A stretch of 64,000 nt of DNA from Macrostomum lignano (GCA_002269645.1 NIVC01000085.1:620001-684000); one strand, 5' to 3'; counted from the stretch's first letter, positions 37,843 to 50,714 are shown. The notes: generated from the letters alone by a model not told the origin. A program made the numbers and translations.

Positions 37843-40800
37843 AAATCAACGCGCACCACAAGCACTGGGGCAGCAAAGATACCAACACTAGAGGAGAGGA
37901 GCTTCTGGCCCTCATCTCTAACACAAACCTCATGCTATGCAACCGCGGCAGCACTCCTACCTTTAATAATGGCAGATGGACCGAGGTCCTTGACGCCACA
38001 CTCGTTACCCCAAGACTCTTTGACAGAGTTGAGGAGTGGAGAGTCTGGTCTGAGGAGCCCTCCCTGTCTGACCACTGCTTTATCGCCTTTAACATCGCGG
38101 ACACTAAAACCCAGTCTCCGATCACTTGGAAGCGCAATATCCGCAACACTGATTGGGCGGCCTACAAGGCTGCCCTTGATCTGCACCTGCAGGAACTCAC
38201 GGACTTACGTCCGATTGAGACCTGCGAGGATGTGGATCATATGGCTGAGACGCTGACAGGTTGCATTATTGCAGCCTACGAAGCGGCTTGTCCTGCTCGC
38301 GCCTACAAAGGCAAGACCTCGGCGCCGTGGTGGAACCCGGAGCTGGGGAAACTCAGGCGGAAGGCCAAAAGCCTTCATCGCCGTGCCATGAAGACCGGAA
38401 ACCGGAGGAAATGGAGCTTTTCCGGCAAGCCTCCCGCAATTTCAAATCTGAAGTGCGCAAGGCCAAGGAATGTAAGTGGCGCCAATTCTGCAATGAATTG
38501 GATCAAGACAGACCTACTTCTAGGCTTGTCAAGGCCCTTACAATGGACAAAATGTCCAAATAAGCCATGATCAAAAAAGATGATGGCTCTCTTACTAAAG
38601 ACCCTGAAGAAGTGCTTCAGCATATGCTCAGCACATTCGTCCTGAGGGTACCTACTGCTAGACCGGAGCCCAACCATTCGATGGATGGAGCCACCCTAGC
38701 GGCGGGCATTGTCACTGAAGACCTAATCGCTCGTGCCTCTATCGCTGGGCCTCTATCCAGCTGGGATACGTTCCCAAATGCTGGACTGAAGCTCGGGTAG
38801 TCTTTATTCCCAAACCTGGGAAGGGTGACTACCAAAGCGTCAAGGCCTTCCGGCCTATTAGCTTAACGTCAGCAATGCTTAAGCTCACTGAGAGGCTTAT
38901 TCTCTGGCGGCTGCTCTCCTGCGAGCTGACAGCGATGCCCCTCAGCAATAATCAGCACGCCTTCCGTACCGGGAGGTCGACTGACAGCGCCCTGCATGCG
39001 ATTGTCGAGAAGATTGAACGGGCGGTACTGGGTGACGGTTACGCCCTGGCTCTCTTTCTTGACATTCTTGGCGCTTCGACAACGTTATCTTTGAAGCGTT
39101 TCAAAGGGCCCTTCAAAATCGCCCTTTGAAATCGACATGATCTCCAACCGTACGGTCACTGCCCAACTTCTTGGGCAAACTGCCTCCACCAGAGTCTGTA
39201 AGGGTGGACCCCAAGGCGGATTCCTCACCCCGACGCTCTGGAACCTGGTCATGGACGCTCTTCTGAGTGACTCCCGACCCGAGCCCGTCTTCAAAGTCGG
39301 GTATGCTGATGACGTCACGGTCATTTTGGCAGGACCGTCTCCCAGCACGCTCAGGGATCTGATGCAGAGCTTTATCCGCAAAGCAGAATCCTGGGCCAAT
39401 GACAATGGTCTGGAACTCTCTGACCCTAAAACCGTTGCCATTATGTTTACCAGCAGAATACGCTGGAACATACGTCCTCTGCAGCTCTACGGCAGAGATA
39501 TTGCCTTCGCGCACCAGACCAGATGTCTCGGGGTCATACTTGACCACCGGCTCAACTGGTCCTTCCACGTGAAAGCAAAAGCCAAGCGTGCCTCAGCCAT
39601 CCTGGCCCAGCTCCGACGAGCACTTGGCACTTCTTGGGGTCTATCCCCAAAGCGGCTTTGGTGGATCTATACTTCCGTAGTTAGACCTGCCATTACGTAC
39701 GCCTCTGTTGTCTGGTTTAGCGCTACTCAGGTAAAAAGCCATGCAGATCTGCTCAACACGATCCAAGGCAGAGCGTGTAGGCTCATCTGCAACGCCACCA
39801 GGTCCACGCCCTTTGCTGACATGTGGGCCTTCCTTAATCTACCGCCTCTTGACCTCTTCGTCAGGGGTGAGGCGGCTAGAACGACGCGGCGTCTAATTGA
39901 TGCCGGCGTCAAATTCATTTACATGAGAGCACCTGCTAAGCGGAACCTTGTCCCGCATAGCGACCTGTGCCTCAACTTTCTCAACGAGTGTCAAGCCAAT
40001 CGCGTCTTCACCGATGGCATTGCCTCAACCCTCAACTTGAGACAGCGCTACTCCGTAGCTATCGACTCACGCGATAACATCAATGACCAATGGAACCCTG
40101 GTGAGCTTCATTGCTACACCGATGGTTCTAAGCAGTCAGCCAACACCGGCTTTGGTGTTGGAATCTTTCTGAACGGGATGGTCATCGCTAACCACGCTCA
40201 ATACACTGGGGTCAACTCCAGTGTTTTCCAAAATGAAGTTCTGGCCATCAGCTCCTGCACTGCAGAGCTTCTCGCCACTGGCGTTACTGGTAAGAACATC
40301 ATTTTCCATTCGGACAGCCAAGCTGCCTTGCATGCCATCAGTGGCTGCAGCACCAACTCTGCTACAGTCCTCGACTGTATCAAACTCCTCAACGTGTTGG
40401 GTTCCGCCAACAAAATTACCCTTAAGTGGGTTCCGGGGCATGTGAGGATCCGAGGAAATGAGTTGGCTGACACCCTTGCAAAAGTTGGTGCCTCCGGCTC
40501 CTCTCTCGGCCCCGAAACTCTTGTCCCGATTCCTGGCTGTGTCATCGACTCGCGCATCAAAGCGTGGATCAGGACTCAGCACCGCTCGACTTGGGCGAAC
40601 CGCACGAACTGCAGGCAATCCAGAGGCGCTGTCCCTCAGCCCTCTCACCAGCTCCGGGAGCTTCTTTTGCGCCTCTCACGCAGAGACATCCGGTCTGCCA
40701 CCATGACCCTCTGTGGTCACGGCTGCTTCTCCAGGCACCAGTACCCTGCAGGGCAACGCCACCAACGCCACCTGTAGTTTCTGCAACTCAGGTGACGAAA

Positions 40801-41116
40801 CCGCTGAGCATTTCGTCAGCATCTGTCGCGCCTTCACGCGGGCCAGACTCACTTACCTCGGGCCACACACATCTATTACTGAAGCGTGCAAACCCGAAAA
40901 CTTTAATCAGCTCATGCGCTACCTTCGGGCCACCCGCAGGGCTGAACTCTCCTTTCCAGAGAGCACTATAGCTGCTGGCGACACTGGGGGACCTCCCTGG
41001 GCGGCGCCAACCCTCCGTCCATAGCGACGCGTCGGCCGTTCAGGGACTAGCGGAATGGGCGTCCGCGCCTTCCCGCTGTGTCCCCTCCGGGACAGCCCTG
41101 CAGCTAAGTCAAAGTC
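37843..41116 (+). mobile_element. 5'-truncated LOA-like LINE (second subfamily), degenerate ORF2
   Basis: 9-bp TSD AGGGGGGAA at 37834-37842 and 41117-41125. Starts at INAHHKHWGS of APE; GYADD, HCYTDGSK, GNELADTLAK, CSFC..EHFVSIC; internal deletion near 38740; ends CCTGCAGCTAAGTCAAAGTC. Confidence 0.9.
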
Positions 41117-41372
41117 AGGGGGGAATTTTGATCCAAATGGTGGACTTTTACGAAAATCGGTTATTCGGTTTGCGAGCTATGGTGAAATTGGTTGTGTGTA
41201 TTTGTAATACACCCCATGGTCTTTCCCCATGGGGAAAAATAGCGTGGTCTTTCTACTGTTTAGTGTTTGGTAAGCTGTGGGGCAGTTACTAAAAATCTTT
41301 CTTAAAAAAATCCATAGCTTTTGGGCTAGCCAGCTGCGACAGCCTACCGACTCACAGCTGCCTGATGTCAGC

Positions 41373-41413
41373 ATGGCATCTGACATGTCGGATCTCTCAG
41401 ATGAGGACACTGG
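41373..41413 (+). CDS. Mab-21/cGLR-like gene, putative exon 1 (MASDMSDLSDEDTG)
   Basis: ATG with donor GG|GTGAGT; phase 2 matches the acceptor of exon 2. Confidence 0.55.
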
Positions 41414-41594
41414 GTGAGTGCTTGTTTATTATTTTTGAACCTCCTTTACAAGCTAAGTGATCTTTTATAGCTTCGATTACACTAGAAAATTACCGTTTAA
41501 ACTGAAAGGCAGCTATTCGATGTTAAAATATTTTTATTTTTGATTTAAAAATCACTTTCCTGTCTTCTTGCTTTTACACTGACGCAGAGCCTCT

Positions 41595-43090
41595 GTGAGA
41601 TATATTTCAGAAAAAATGGTTCAACCGATTTTCTTTAAACTTGCACCATTCGATCAAAAATTTTCCTGTGACATCTTTGCTTGACATGTATCTTGGATAA
41701 GAAATTTATCAATGCTGAAGGAATTAAATATTCGAAAAACGTGCTTTTTTGCATAGGTCAAGCAAAATTTTCAACTTCATATGCATTGTAACAACGCTAG
41801 AGAAAAAACTGACTGACTGAATTTTGATTCTGATGAAGATTGCATCACAACAAGTTGAAAACGGTGTCGAAGCATAGCACCAGACTTGATTGAAATTGCG
41901 TAACCATATTGCTAACTTTAATTGAAACTGATGCTGGCTGACTGAGAAACTGATTATGTCATAATTTTTACTCTAACCAACATGGTGTAAGATTGAATTA
42001 TAAGGGCAACAATTGGGGGCCGTAGACCAGCGGTCTAGCGCAGCTGCTCTGGTGTGCCAGCGACCCAGGCTCGATTCCAAGTGCAGCCACATTAATTTGG
42101 GGCTGAATTGGAATCTCGGCTTCGCTCTGCTCGTGCAATTAACGGCCTTGAGAGCCAACCCCCCAAGGCGCAGTGAAGTGTACATGCCTAACGATAAAAT
42201 AAAGTTAGGGCCGCTGTACACTCCTGTGTGAGTGTGTGCCTGCATACGTGTCCGCGCGCTTGGGCAGTTATGCCTCTCGCCGGTTGTTGTTGTGCCTATG
42301 TCGCTTAAAGTGCGCCAGGGTGCACACAACCCCCTGCCTCTAATAAAAAGGGCAACAATTCATGTTCTCCAATTGACAAGAGATAGCCGAGATGCGAACA
42401 GACTGGACTGCTAAAGTAGCGACCTGGGTTCGAATCTTAGTAGTGCGAAATATTTTTTATTAAAACCATAGAAACACAAAAATGAAAAACAAAAGCGCCA
42501 CCATGTCGCCATATCAAACATAAAAAGAGCCACTACGTCCAGCATAAAAGAGCCACCATGCCAAACATGAAAGAGCCACCATGTCAAACATAAGAGAGGC
42601 ACCATTTCAAACGTAAAAAAGGCGTCATGCCAAACAAAATGGAGCAGCTATAAAGCTAAGGATATTGTTTCACTAGCTACTTGTTATCTGGTGGATGCTT
42701 GCTATTTAAGGATGGATGCTTGCTATCAGTGGGATGCTTGCTATCAGTCTATCAGTGGGATGCTTGCTATCGGAAGGATGCTTGCTATCTGGGGTAACTT
42801 GCTCTTGGGGGGGGGGGGTGGAGGGTGCTTGCTATCTGAGAGGGGCTTGCTAGCTATCTATAAGTATTCTTTGTATCCAGGGATGCTTTCTATCTGGGGG
42901 ATGCTTGCTATCTGGGGGATGCTTGCTATTGGGAGGCAAGAGGCTTGCTCTCGGGGGGGGGGCGGTACTTGCTATCTTGGGGGGAGGGGTTGCTATCTGG
43001 GGGATGCTTCTTGCTATTGGATTTGGGGGTACTTGCTATTTTATTTGGGGTGCTTGCTATTGTATTTATTTATTTATTTGTTTTTATTGT
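41595..43090 (+). mobile_element. unclassified composite repeat, copy B (carries a SINE insertion)
   Basis: Inverted homolog of 27275-29015; tRNA-Ser-like head at 42380-42445, then 23-bp and ~18-bp arrays. Confidence 0.75.
42015..42347 (+). mobile_element. full-length tRNA-derived SINE (family A)
   Basis: 13-bp TSD AAGGGCAACAATT at 42002-42014 and 42348-42360; A/B boxes; ends CTAATAAAA. The empty site is visible in copy A at ~28595-28610. Confidence 0.9.
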
Positions 43091-43129
43091 ATTTATTATA
43101 TTTATGCTGACACTACATCCTGACAGTGT

Positions 43130-43500
43130 TATAGCGCGAAGATAGCGGCACAGAAGCTGCAATGTCTCACTGATAATTGAGTTGACGGTCGATACTCCGA
43201 TGCGATGGGTGATGGAAAGTAGATGTTGGCTGTCACCATGTCCTATGAATCGCAATGTGAGGGCCAGTCTTTTCTTGACAGAAAAGGCTTGGGGGAACTC
43301 GTGTCTAGATTTGTAAGTGGCTTTTCAAGGCTCCATTCGCAGAAAGCAACGAAAGTAGTCCGGTTCCATTTGCTGAATCTCATTGAACAAGATGCTGTGC
43401 TCTCCTTTTACAATGCGATGGAAAAGAAACTCTCGAACCCAAAGCCGCATCTTTTTTGTGACGGCGGCGCAGCAGCAACAGCACAGCAGCAGATACAGCA
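43130..43500 (-). pseudogene. PIF/Harbinger transposase N-terminal fragment
   Basis: RLWVREFLFHR..KGEHSILFNEI..EPDYFRCFLRME and RLALTLRFIGHGDSQHLLSITHRIGVSTVNSIISET match Harbinger N-terminal/HTH motifs; contains a stop. Confidence 0.82.
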
Positions 43501-43899
43501 AATGGTGGAAGCTTCATTTCAAACGTCAGATTTGCAAAGATAGAAGATGGATATAATTTATTTATACGGGCGCCTTGACCTGCTTTATTCTGATACTCTT
43601 TTAAATACAGAAATCATCAGTACAGCAACCACGCTCTGCATACTGCTCCTGAGCAGTGAGTTGTTTACCGTATGGTTGATTAAGCAATAAATGGAACGTA
43701 GCCCCCTCCTCTTCCTTCCTTCTGTCTCTCGGCTAGTTGCATTCAACATCAGTAGATTGCAGAGTGAATGCGATTAATCACCAGAAAAAGTTTGAGTGAT
43801 CACATGAAAAACTGGAGTGATTAAAAATATGGGCTGATCATCAACTGAAACTTCGTGTGACCACACTAATTTTGGACTCGTCTGATGACAGTTTGAATG

Positions 43900-44560
43900 A
43901 ACCTTAAGAGTGGTGATCAGTCACTCAAAAACTCCCACTAACAGACTGCAAGTATGAGAACAGAATTGGTGATCACTTACTGTTGCGGGCTCCTCTTCTT
44001 TGTATGGCAAGTCCGTAGAGCTCGTCTCCTCAATGTAGTCTTCCTTCGGAGTTGTCTCCTTGAATTCTGAAGTCAGTCGAGCATGAGAGCAATTTAAGTG
44101 AACGCAAAAATTCAATCCGTGGACAACAAATATTCTTCGAAATCAGTAATCAGAATCAGAGATAACAAAGTAAATTCTATAACAATAACGAGGTCCTACA
44201 GAAAGAGCGTGTTCTTCTAGAAATAATGGAATCAGAGTCGTATGCCCTTATCGGTTATTCTAGGGTACCAAAATCAATCAAATCAATAATCGTCAAAGGG
44301 TATCGGAATCGGTCCGCAGATCCCGTCCAATCCCTTAAGAATAGGGAGGCCTCAAATTCAATAACTCAATAGAAATCAACGGATCAGTAACGGTTGGCAA
44401 TAACACAGCTCTCCATAATCAAATAACAAAGACTTCAACAAAAGCTTACCAATTGGAATTTGTCTCCCTCAGAGATGTAGCCTCGTTTGGCTACTCTAGC
44501 AAAGCTCAAGATTTTTTGAGGCTGCTTCGAGTCTGAAATTTCAGCTCAGATTATTTACAG
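43900..44560 (-). repeat. unclassified interspersed repeat, copy 2
   Basis: Homologous to 880-1600. Confidence 0.65.
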
Positions 44561-44899
44561 ATATTTCCAGGACGACTAGTAGTCCTTGATATATTTGTAC
44601 CCACTTTGAGTCGAACTTGAGCTAAAACCGGTTTTTTGATGAGGTCAAGAAAGGAGTTTTACAGGTGGGGTTTTTGAATAGAAAGGGAAAGACTTGGCCA
44701 GGTTAACATTTACCATATTTGAAAATTCTAAAAATACATGTTGCGAACCAGTTTCTTTAACAATAGAATGGTCACTCGCTGTTTTTGTGATATTACTGGT
44801 ATTACTAAAAACTATGAAGCCTATTTATTAAATTATATTCATATTTTTATCTTAATTCATTTATTAGTCAGCTATGTTTGGAGATCTCTAGCTACATCT

Positions 44900-45980
44900 T
44901 CTTTCCTCCATCGGGCTTAAAAAGGTACAATTATTTAGTAGCAGTCTTACTCTATAAAACCAAGACAAAATTCAGCAAACAAATCTTTACAAGTGTCGCT
45001 ATTCATGACGAATCAAAGCGTTTGATGTACAAATTCTTTTATGATATGAAGCAGCAATACAAGAATGAAATCAAACTGTTGTATACCGACACAGACAGTT
45101 TGATCCTGAACACTGACACTAAAGAATTTTATCAACGTCTTTGACACAGAAGGACTTGTATGACTGATCTGAATACCCTAAATCATTTAAGACGCATAAT
45201 CTTAATCAAATGTTTGACCCTCGTAACAAGAAAGTAATTGGGAGAATGAATGAAGAGAATTGTAGGGACATCATAACCGGATTTGAGTCTGATTTTTTAT
45301 GGTATTTGATACCTCATATTTCACAAAAAAGGGTGTTTCCAAACGTGTAGATAGGCCGATGAAGTAAATGAATCCGCATATGGAGATGCTCTGTGTCACT
45401 ATAAGAGAACTATCCATGATTTCTTGAAGCTGCAGTCCAAGAATCACAATATTAGTACGATTCAACAGAAGAAGATTGACGTGTCAGGTGCTGAAAATAA
45501 ACGATTTGCCCTTGATGACAACATAAATATAAAGTCTGCCCTTTGGTCATTGAAGATTGCAGCAAATTGGTTTTTAATTAAAAAATATTTTAAAAATTCT
45601 GAAGGGGTCTTTACGAGAGATGAACTTACTAAACCGCCCACTACTCTTAACCTAACCAACACTCTTACACACAAGATAAAAAGCAATGAGGTTTCATAAA
45701 CTTTGACACTTTTGACAAACCAAGTTCTCCTTGGGTTTGCTCGGGTGATTGATTCTGACCGCAACCACAAGTACGAGTACTACGCTCGCACAATTTCGAT
45801 AGCTATGGAACAGCTCCACCGGAAGAATTAAGGAATTGCCTGAAAATGTAAAAAATTTCCGCTCAGACTTTATCCTTTAAGAGCTTAGCAGCGAAATCTG
45901 CGGTGAGCTGTTTATGACTCTTTTACATGTATTGGCCAAAACCCGAAAGAGCTACAATTGGAAATTGTTCTAGGGTTTAC
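44900..45980 (+). pseudogene. second Polinton/Adintovirus relic (PolB C-terminus + protease)
   Basis: AIHDESKRLMYKFFYDMK..KLLYTDTDSLI (PolB motif C), NKKVIGRM, ENKRFAL; protease NFDT..WV, FDSYGT, ICGEL; many stops. Confidence 0.85.
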
Positions 45981-46316
45981 ATGTTGATTTCGGTTTTTAA
46001 AAACATTTAGATCAGTACTTTTGTGGTGGGAGATGGGATTATATATAAATGGATTTTTTTAGACGATTGTCCTGGGGGTTGCCCATTGTTATCCCTATTC
46101 GATGAGCAGTGCTAAGTATTTACTCAATTTTACATACTCGCACAAGAGCATCATTATGTATAAATAGATGTTAATTTTTTGCTGTCAAAGACAGGTCGGG
46201 GGTAGTCGTCTATTTTATCGCCCATATTTAAGCAGTTGTTTTGCATTTGCATTTGCATATGCATACATTTTACATTACATTTTGATCTAAGGGGAATGAG
46301 CTATTTTTTACTCCAG

Positions 46317-46705
46317 GTCCTCAGACGATTCCAAGCAAGACAAGCGCCTGAGCGAGGAGCTGCATCGACTGCTCAGCGATGCGGGATTCACCAAGCAGAG
46401 AGCAAAGTGTCAGCAGAGACTGGCTGACTGGCTGGAAGAAGTCGCTCGAGTCCTCACACAGGATGGCAATCGCAGGCAAATGACGGGCAGCTACGCAGAG
46501 GGCTGGGCCAACAGTCTGGTGCAAGTGAACGGCAGGACAGCTGCAGACTCGGACATTGACTGGACTGTGCTGCCTGCTGGGCAGCAGTTCCATCTGGAAG
46601 GTGGCTGCGATGATCGAAAAACTTGGTGGCATGGACAGAACCCTTGCAGAGACGCCACTCGGCTGCGGGTCACGGAGGGCCACGCACAGGTGGCAGTTGG
46701 TGCAG
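46317..46705 (+). CDS. Mab-21/cGLR-like gene, exon 2 (NTase active-site motifs)
   Basis: Acceptor TTTTTTACTCCAG|G, donor G|GTGAGT; open frame with MTGSYAEGW...DSDIDW. Confidence 0.85.
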
Positions 46706-47635
46706 GTGAGTGAGGCTGGGTTCATCATCAGAATGCTGAGATCCGCATGCAACTGGAAGCCCATTAACTTTGATCAAATTTTAAATTCGCAACCGAGTGG
46801 CGCCCAGCCTCCAGCAGCTTCTGACTGCGAATGTCGGCTTAGGTGCTGAAACAAGCGGCAGGTGAAATTGAAAAGAAAACTCTGATGCCAGCTGGTTGAG
46901 TCGAACAGGTGTTATACTTTCGGATCTCAGTGTCTTGTGTTGTCCGCCCAGATAGGTACTTTTTGATATCCCCCAGATAGTCCAAGCATCTTGAAGTATC
47001 CGGTTCGGATATTTCAAGCTGCTTTGAGTTCTTCAGAGTACTTGCAGTCTCCCCCAGAAGTCACACGCAGGTTGATATATCCGGTCGAAAAACTAAGGTT
47101 TGCTTTGCGATATCCGGATTGTGAAGTCCGGGTCAATAAACGAGTTGTCAGTTAAAATATTTTCTAAGCAAAAAAGCAATAAATACAAAATTATCAAAAA
47201 ATTGCAGGAAGCAGTTTTTGTTTTTATTTTCAATCACTTAGTTAAATAACGTGCGTAGTCAGTTGATATTAATTTTAGTTCAATTAGTTTAAATCACCAG
47301 AATATTGGTGAAGCACTTCCACTTTAGGTTCGGCCTGCGTCCTGTATCGAATCAGATGTAATCCATTGACGCAGCGCTTTAGGCCAGGTACCTGGTAGAC
47401 GTTTCGTCTCACGCATCTGCGCACTAAAACTGGAGATCGCAAAGCAAAGCCTAACACCGGGCTATCGGGTTTTAAATTCACAGGCTTTTATATTAGCGTG
47501 CATAAGTATTTAAAAAAGTATTTTTATAGTCAGGAACTCAAAATTCCCAACCAGTCAAGAGAAGATCTGTTGTTTCAAACCAACTCATCTTTTTCACACA
47601 CCACAAAGCCATTCTCCGCTCACTGCGCTCTGCAG

Positions 47636-49233
47636 GCAGCCAACCTGCAGTGACAGCCACGGCGTGCGGTGTGCGGCCTGCACAGGACACGTGCCATGCG
47701 ATCCAGTGCTGCAGCAGTTTCTGTAAGGACAGGATTAAAAAACTGACTGCAAACAGGAATGATGTTCACCTCGTTAGGGCGACCAGACCGAGTGAGACCA
47801 ACGAGCTCAGAGTGAGCTTCAGCTTTCAAGAGAAAGACATCATGAGACAGCTGAGCACAGTCCAGGGCCAGCTGTTCACACTCATCAAGTTCATCTTCAA
47901 GAGACACTTGCCGCTCACTCTGGACACACCTGGGCTCAAGACCTACCATGCAAAGACTCTGCTCTTCACAATGCTGGAGAAGCATGGAACAGATCCTGAA
48001 ACTGAGGCTTGGCAGCCCCACAATCTGATCGCTCTGCTCAACGAGTCTCTCGACATGATGCTGAGCTTCATCGACTCGAGCAGCTCGCCCGATGAGTGCA
48101 TGCCGCACTTCTTCATGCCCGACGCTCCGCTCTACTTCAAGAGCGCTGGAATCGGCGGCGACTTCTACAACACGAAAGCGAGGGTTCGAGACCGACTTTG
48201 TGAGCTGAGAAGCGACATCGGCGGAGTGGTCGAGCAGCTGAGGAGACTCGTGAGACCTCTGCAGTCAGAGAAGTTCTACTTTCACCCGTTCACTCTGCTG
48301 CCTCTGACAGCGCCGCCTGCTGTCACGGAGATCAGGGAAATAACTCATATGTTTGACTTTTACATCAAGTTCGCAGACGTGTACAGTGTGGTGCACCAGT
48401 GTGTGAGCGAGCTGCAGTCGGAATCGAGCGACAGAGACACCCTGATGAGGCAGCTCAGTCTCCTTCATCAGCTGCAGCGGTGCAAGTGCGCCGCCCTGTG
48501 CATGACCGCCATGGCGCATTTAAAGTTCGGAGAATCTGAGGAGGCTGAGAGACTCGCGATGGAGCTGCAGAGACATCAGGTTGAGTCAGGGTTGAAGCCA
48601 AATGATATTCGAGACGAGAGTACCAGGTACCAGATCAAGATAATACTGCCAGAAAACCCAGACTGGGCGTGGAGGTTCTGCCTCCCCTGCGACTCTCCGC
48701 CTCGCTTCCCATTCCTTCCCGAGTTCACACAGACTCTGTTCACAGCCAGACTGTCGCAGCCTCTCTCCTCCCACCTGTACGTGAACTTCCGCTGCCTGAG
48801 CTGGAGTCTCCAAGCTGAGCTGCTCCGCAATCGTGCACCTGCAATCGCATTCGATCATTGGATTGAACAGCTGCTTGGAGACCCGGACTTGGAGGAGCTG
48901 CTCACTCTGGCTCACTACAGCGACTGCCGCAAGCACGTGGAGCTCAGCCTGCAGCAGATGGAGATGATCGAGAAAGAGAGACGCGTCGCCATGGAGACGC
49001 AGGACGAGGAGAAGATCGGCTGGGTCAGGAAGAAGCGGTGGCGAGTTTCGAACTGCAGCGGCAGCGACAGCGGCGCCCACCGCAGCAGGGAAGATGAGGA
49101 GCGGAGGCTGTGGGCGAGGGCGAGGCTGCGGCGAGACGGGGCCGACTTGGGGCGCCTGGTCGCCATGGAAACTGCAGCGGAGCAGAGAGACAGCTGGACT
49201 CACGCCAAGCTCAATCGGATGAGACTGCAGTGA
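47636..49233 (+). CDS. Mab-21/cGLR-like gene, exon 3 (third Asp, Mab-21 C-lobe, helical extension)
   Basis: Acceptor CTCTGCAG|GC in phase 1; QDTCHAIQC, DVHLV, LRVSFSFQEK, LKTYHAKTLLF, W..NL, CMPHFF are typical Mab-21 motifs. Confidence 0.88.
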
Positions 49234-49719
49234 CCTGAGCCCTCCTGCTATTAACTGCAGCTTTGCACATTTGTGCTGCAATTCAATTCTCTCTGCATAC
49301 CGAGTTGCTTTTTCATTCGAACTGCGTGTCTGCTTTGATGCGGGCTTTTCTCTGCGATTTTGTGCTGCGGACTTCAATACCCAATTGCCAATGCTGTTTA
49401 ATGACAATATTCAAGCCAAATGCACAGGTAGCAGTTATCTGCATGAACCTGGAGAATTGAAAGGTCGGCTGGGTGAGGGAGAAGCTGAAGAAGACTTGAT
49501 GCAGCCGCTTGAGTTGACCTCGTTATCTTGTAAGGTTTTCTGGCTTTTACGCGTCTGTTTGGGAAAATTTACTGTTTATGTTTGTCATAAATATTTATAT
49601 CGATGTACTTTTATGGCTTAAATTAATTTGTGCACATGCTCCCTGATTCTTTAAACATATCCCCCCAGAACAAGCCACATGTTTCATTATGTACTTACAT
49701 CATGTACTCATGTACCCTG

Positions 49720-50290
49720 CAGTGACTGACAGCCTGAAAGCCTCCTCATGAACATTCAGTGGCTGACAGCCTGACAGCTCCCTCATGAACATTCAGTGAC
49801 TGACAGCCTGACAGCTCCCTCATGAACATTCAGTGACTGACAGCCTGACAGCTCCCTCACGAACATTCAGTGACTACCAGCCTGACAGCTCCCTCATGAA
49901 CATTCAGTGACTGACAGCCTGACAGCTCCCTCATGAACATTCAGTGACTACCAGCCTGACAGCTCCCTCATGAACATTCAGTGACTGACAGCCTGACAGC
50001 TCCCTCATGAACATTCAGTGGCTGACAGCCTGACAGCTCCCTCATGAGCATTCAGTGACTGACAGCCTGACAGCTCCCTCATGAACATTCAGTGACTGAC
50101 AGCCTGACAGCTCCCTCATGAACATTCAGTGACTGACAGCCTGACAGCTCCCTCATGAACATTCAGTGACTGGTAGCCTGACAGCTCCCTCATGAACATT
50201 CAGTGGCTGACAGCCTGACAGCTCCCTCATGAACATTCAGTGACTGGTAGCCTGACAGCTCCCTCATGAACATTCAGTGACTGACAGCCT
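49720..50290. repeat. 37-bp tandem repeat (CATTCAGTGACTGACAGCCTGACAGCTCCCTCATGAA), ~15 copies
   Basis: Direct inspection. Confidence 0.95.
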
Positions 50291-50714
50291 GGCATCAACT
50301 ATAAATCCATTAGTTAACTTATTGCTGTTTCACATTGGTCTTGAATCGGTAAAAGTGACGAAGTTCCTCATCTACACTTCAGTAGTTGAAGTTGCTTTGC
50401 TAAAATGCGTTTGTATAAAGTATGTATAAAGTATATTTGGTTGTTTTTTCCGCTTTGAAATAATTGAAAATAATGGAAGAGTCTGTGCATGAGTTCTGTG
50501 CACAGGGCTGCCTGCAAACTGCCGCGTATTGAAAACTTTCAGGATTTTGTAAGCCAGAAACCAATTCTTTCACCGATACGAGGATTCCATTCTATGGAGC
50601 ATAAGATGAGAATACCTACAGTTAATCACCTCTTCTCCCTTTACCTCCCTCCCCTCTCTTTCCCTTCCTTCCTTCTCCCTCTTGCTTCCCTCCAATTTCT
50701 ACCACTTCCCTCCC

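Larger units (their letters stand above)
35812..41258. mobile_element. piggyBac-related element with long inverted arms, interrupted by a LINE
   Basis: Termini CAGTAGAAGGACC / GGTCTTTCTACTG flanked by TTTA on both sides; subterminal GTGTATTT-AAATACAC; near-identical inverted arms 36102-36480 and 37294-37671. Confidence 0.7.

Noticed and set aside
41828-41872. CTGATGA...GAAA hammerhead-like spacing
   Set aside because: No stem II pairing, and the motif is absent from the paralogous copy at ~28750-28790.
47385-47425. Hammerhead-like GACGAAACGTC on the minus strand
   Set aside because: No intact CUGANGA box upstream.
48586-49407. 273-aa antisense ORF over the cGLR-like exon 3
   Set aside because: Antisense to a well-supported coding exon, no domain, starts in AT-rich 3' flank.
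49720-50290. 37-bp repeat of CRISPR-like length
   Set aside because: Units are head-to-tail with no spacers.
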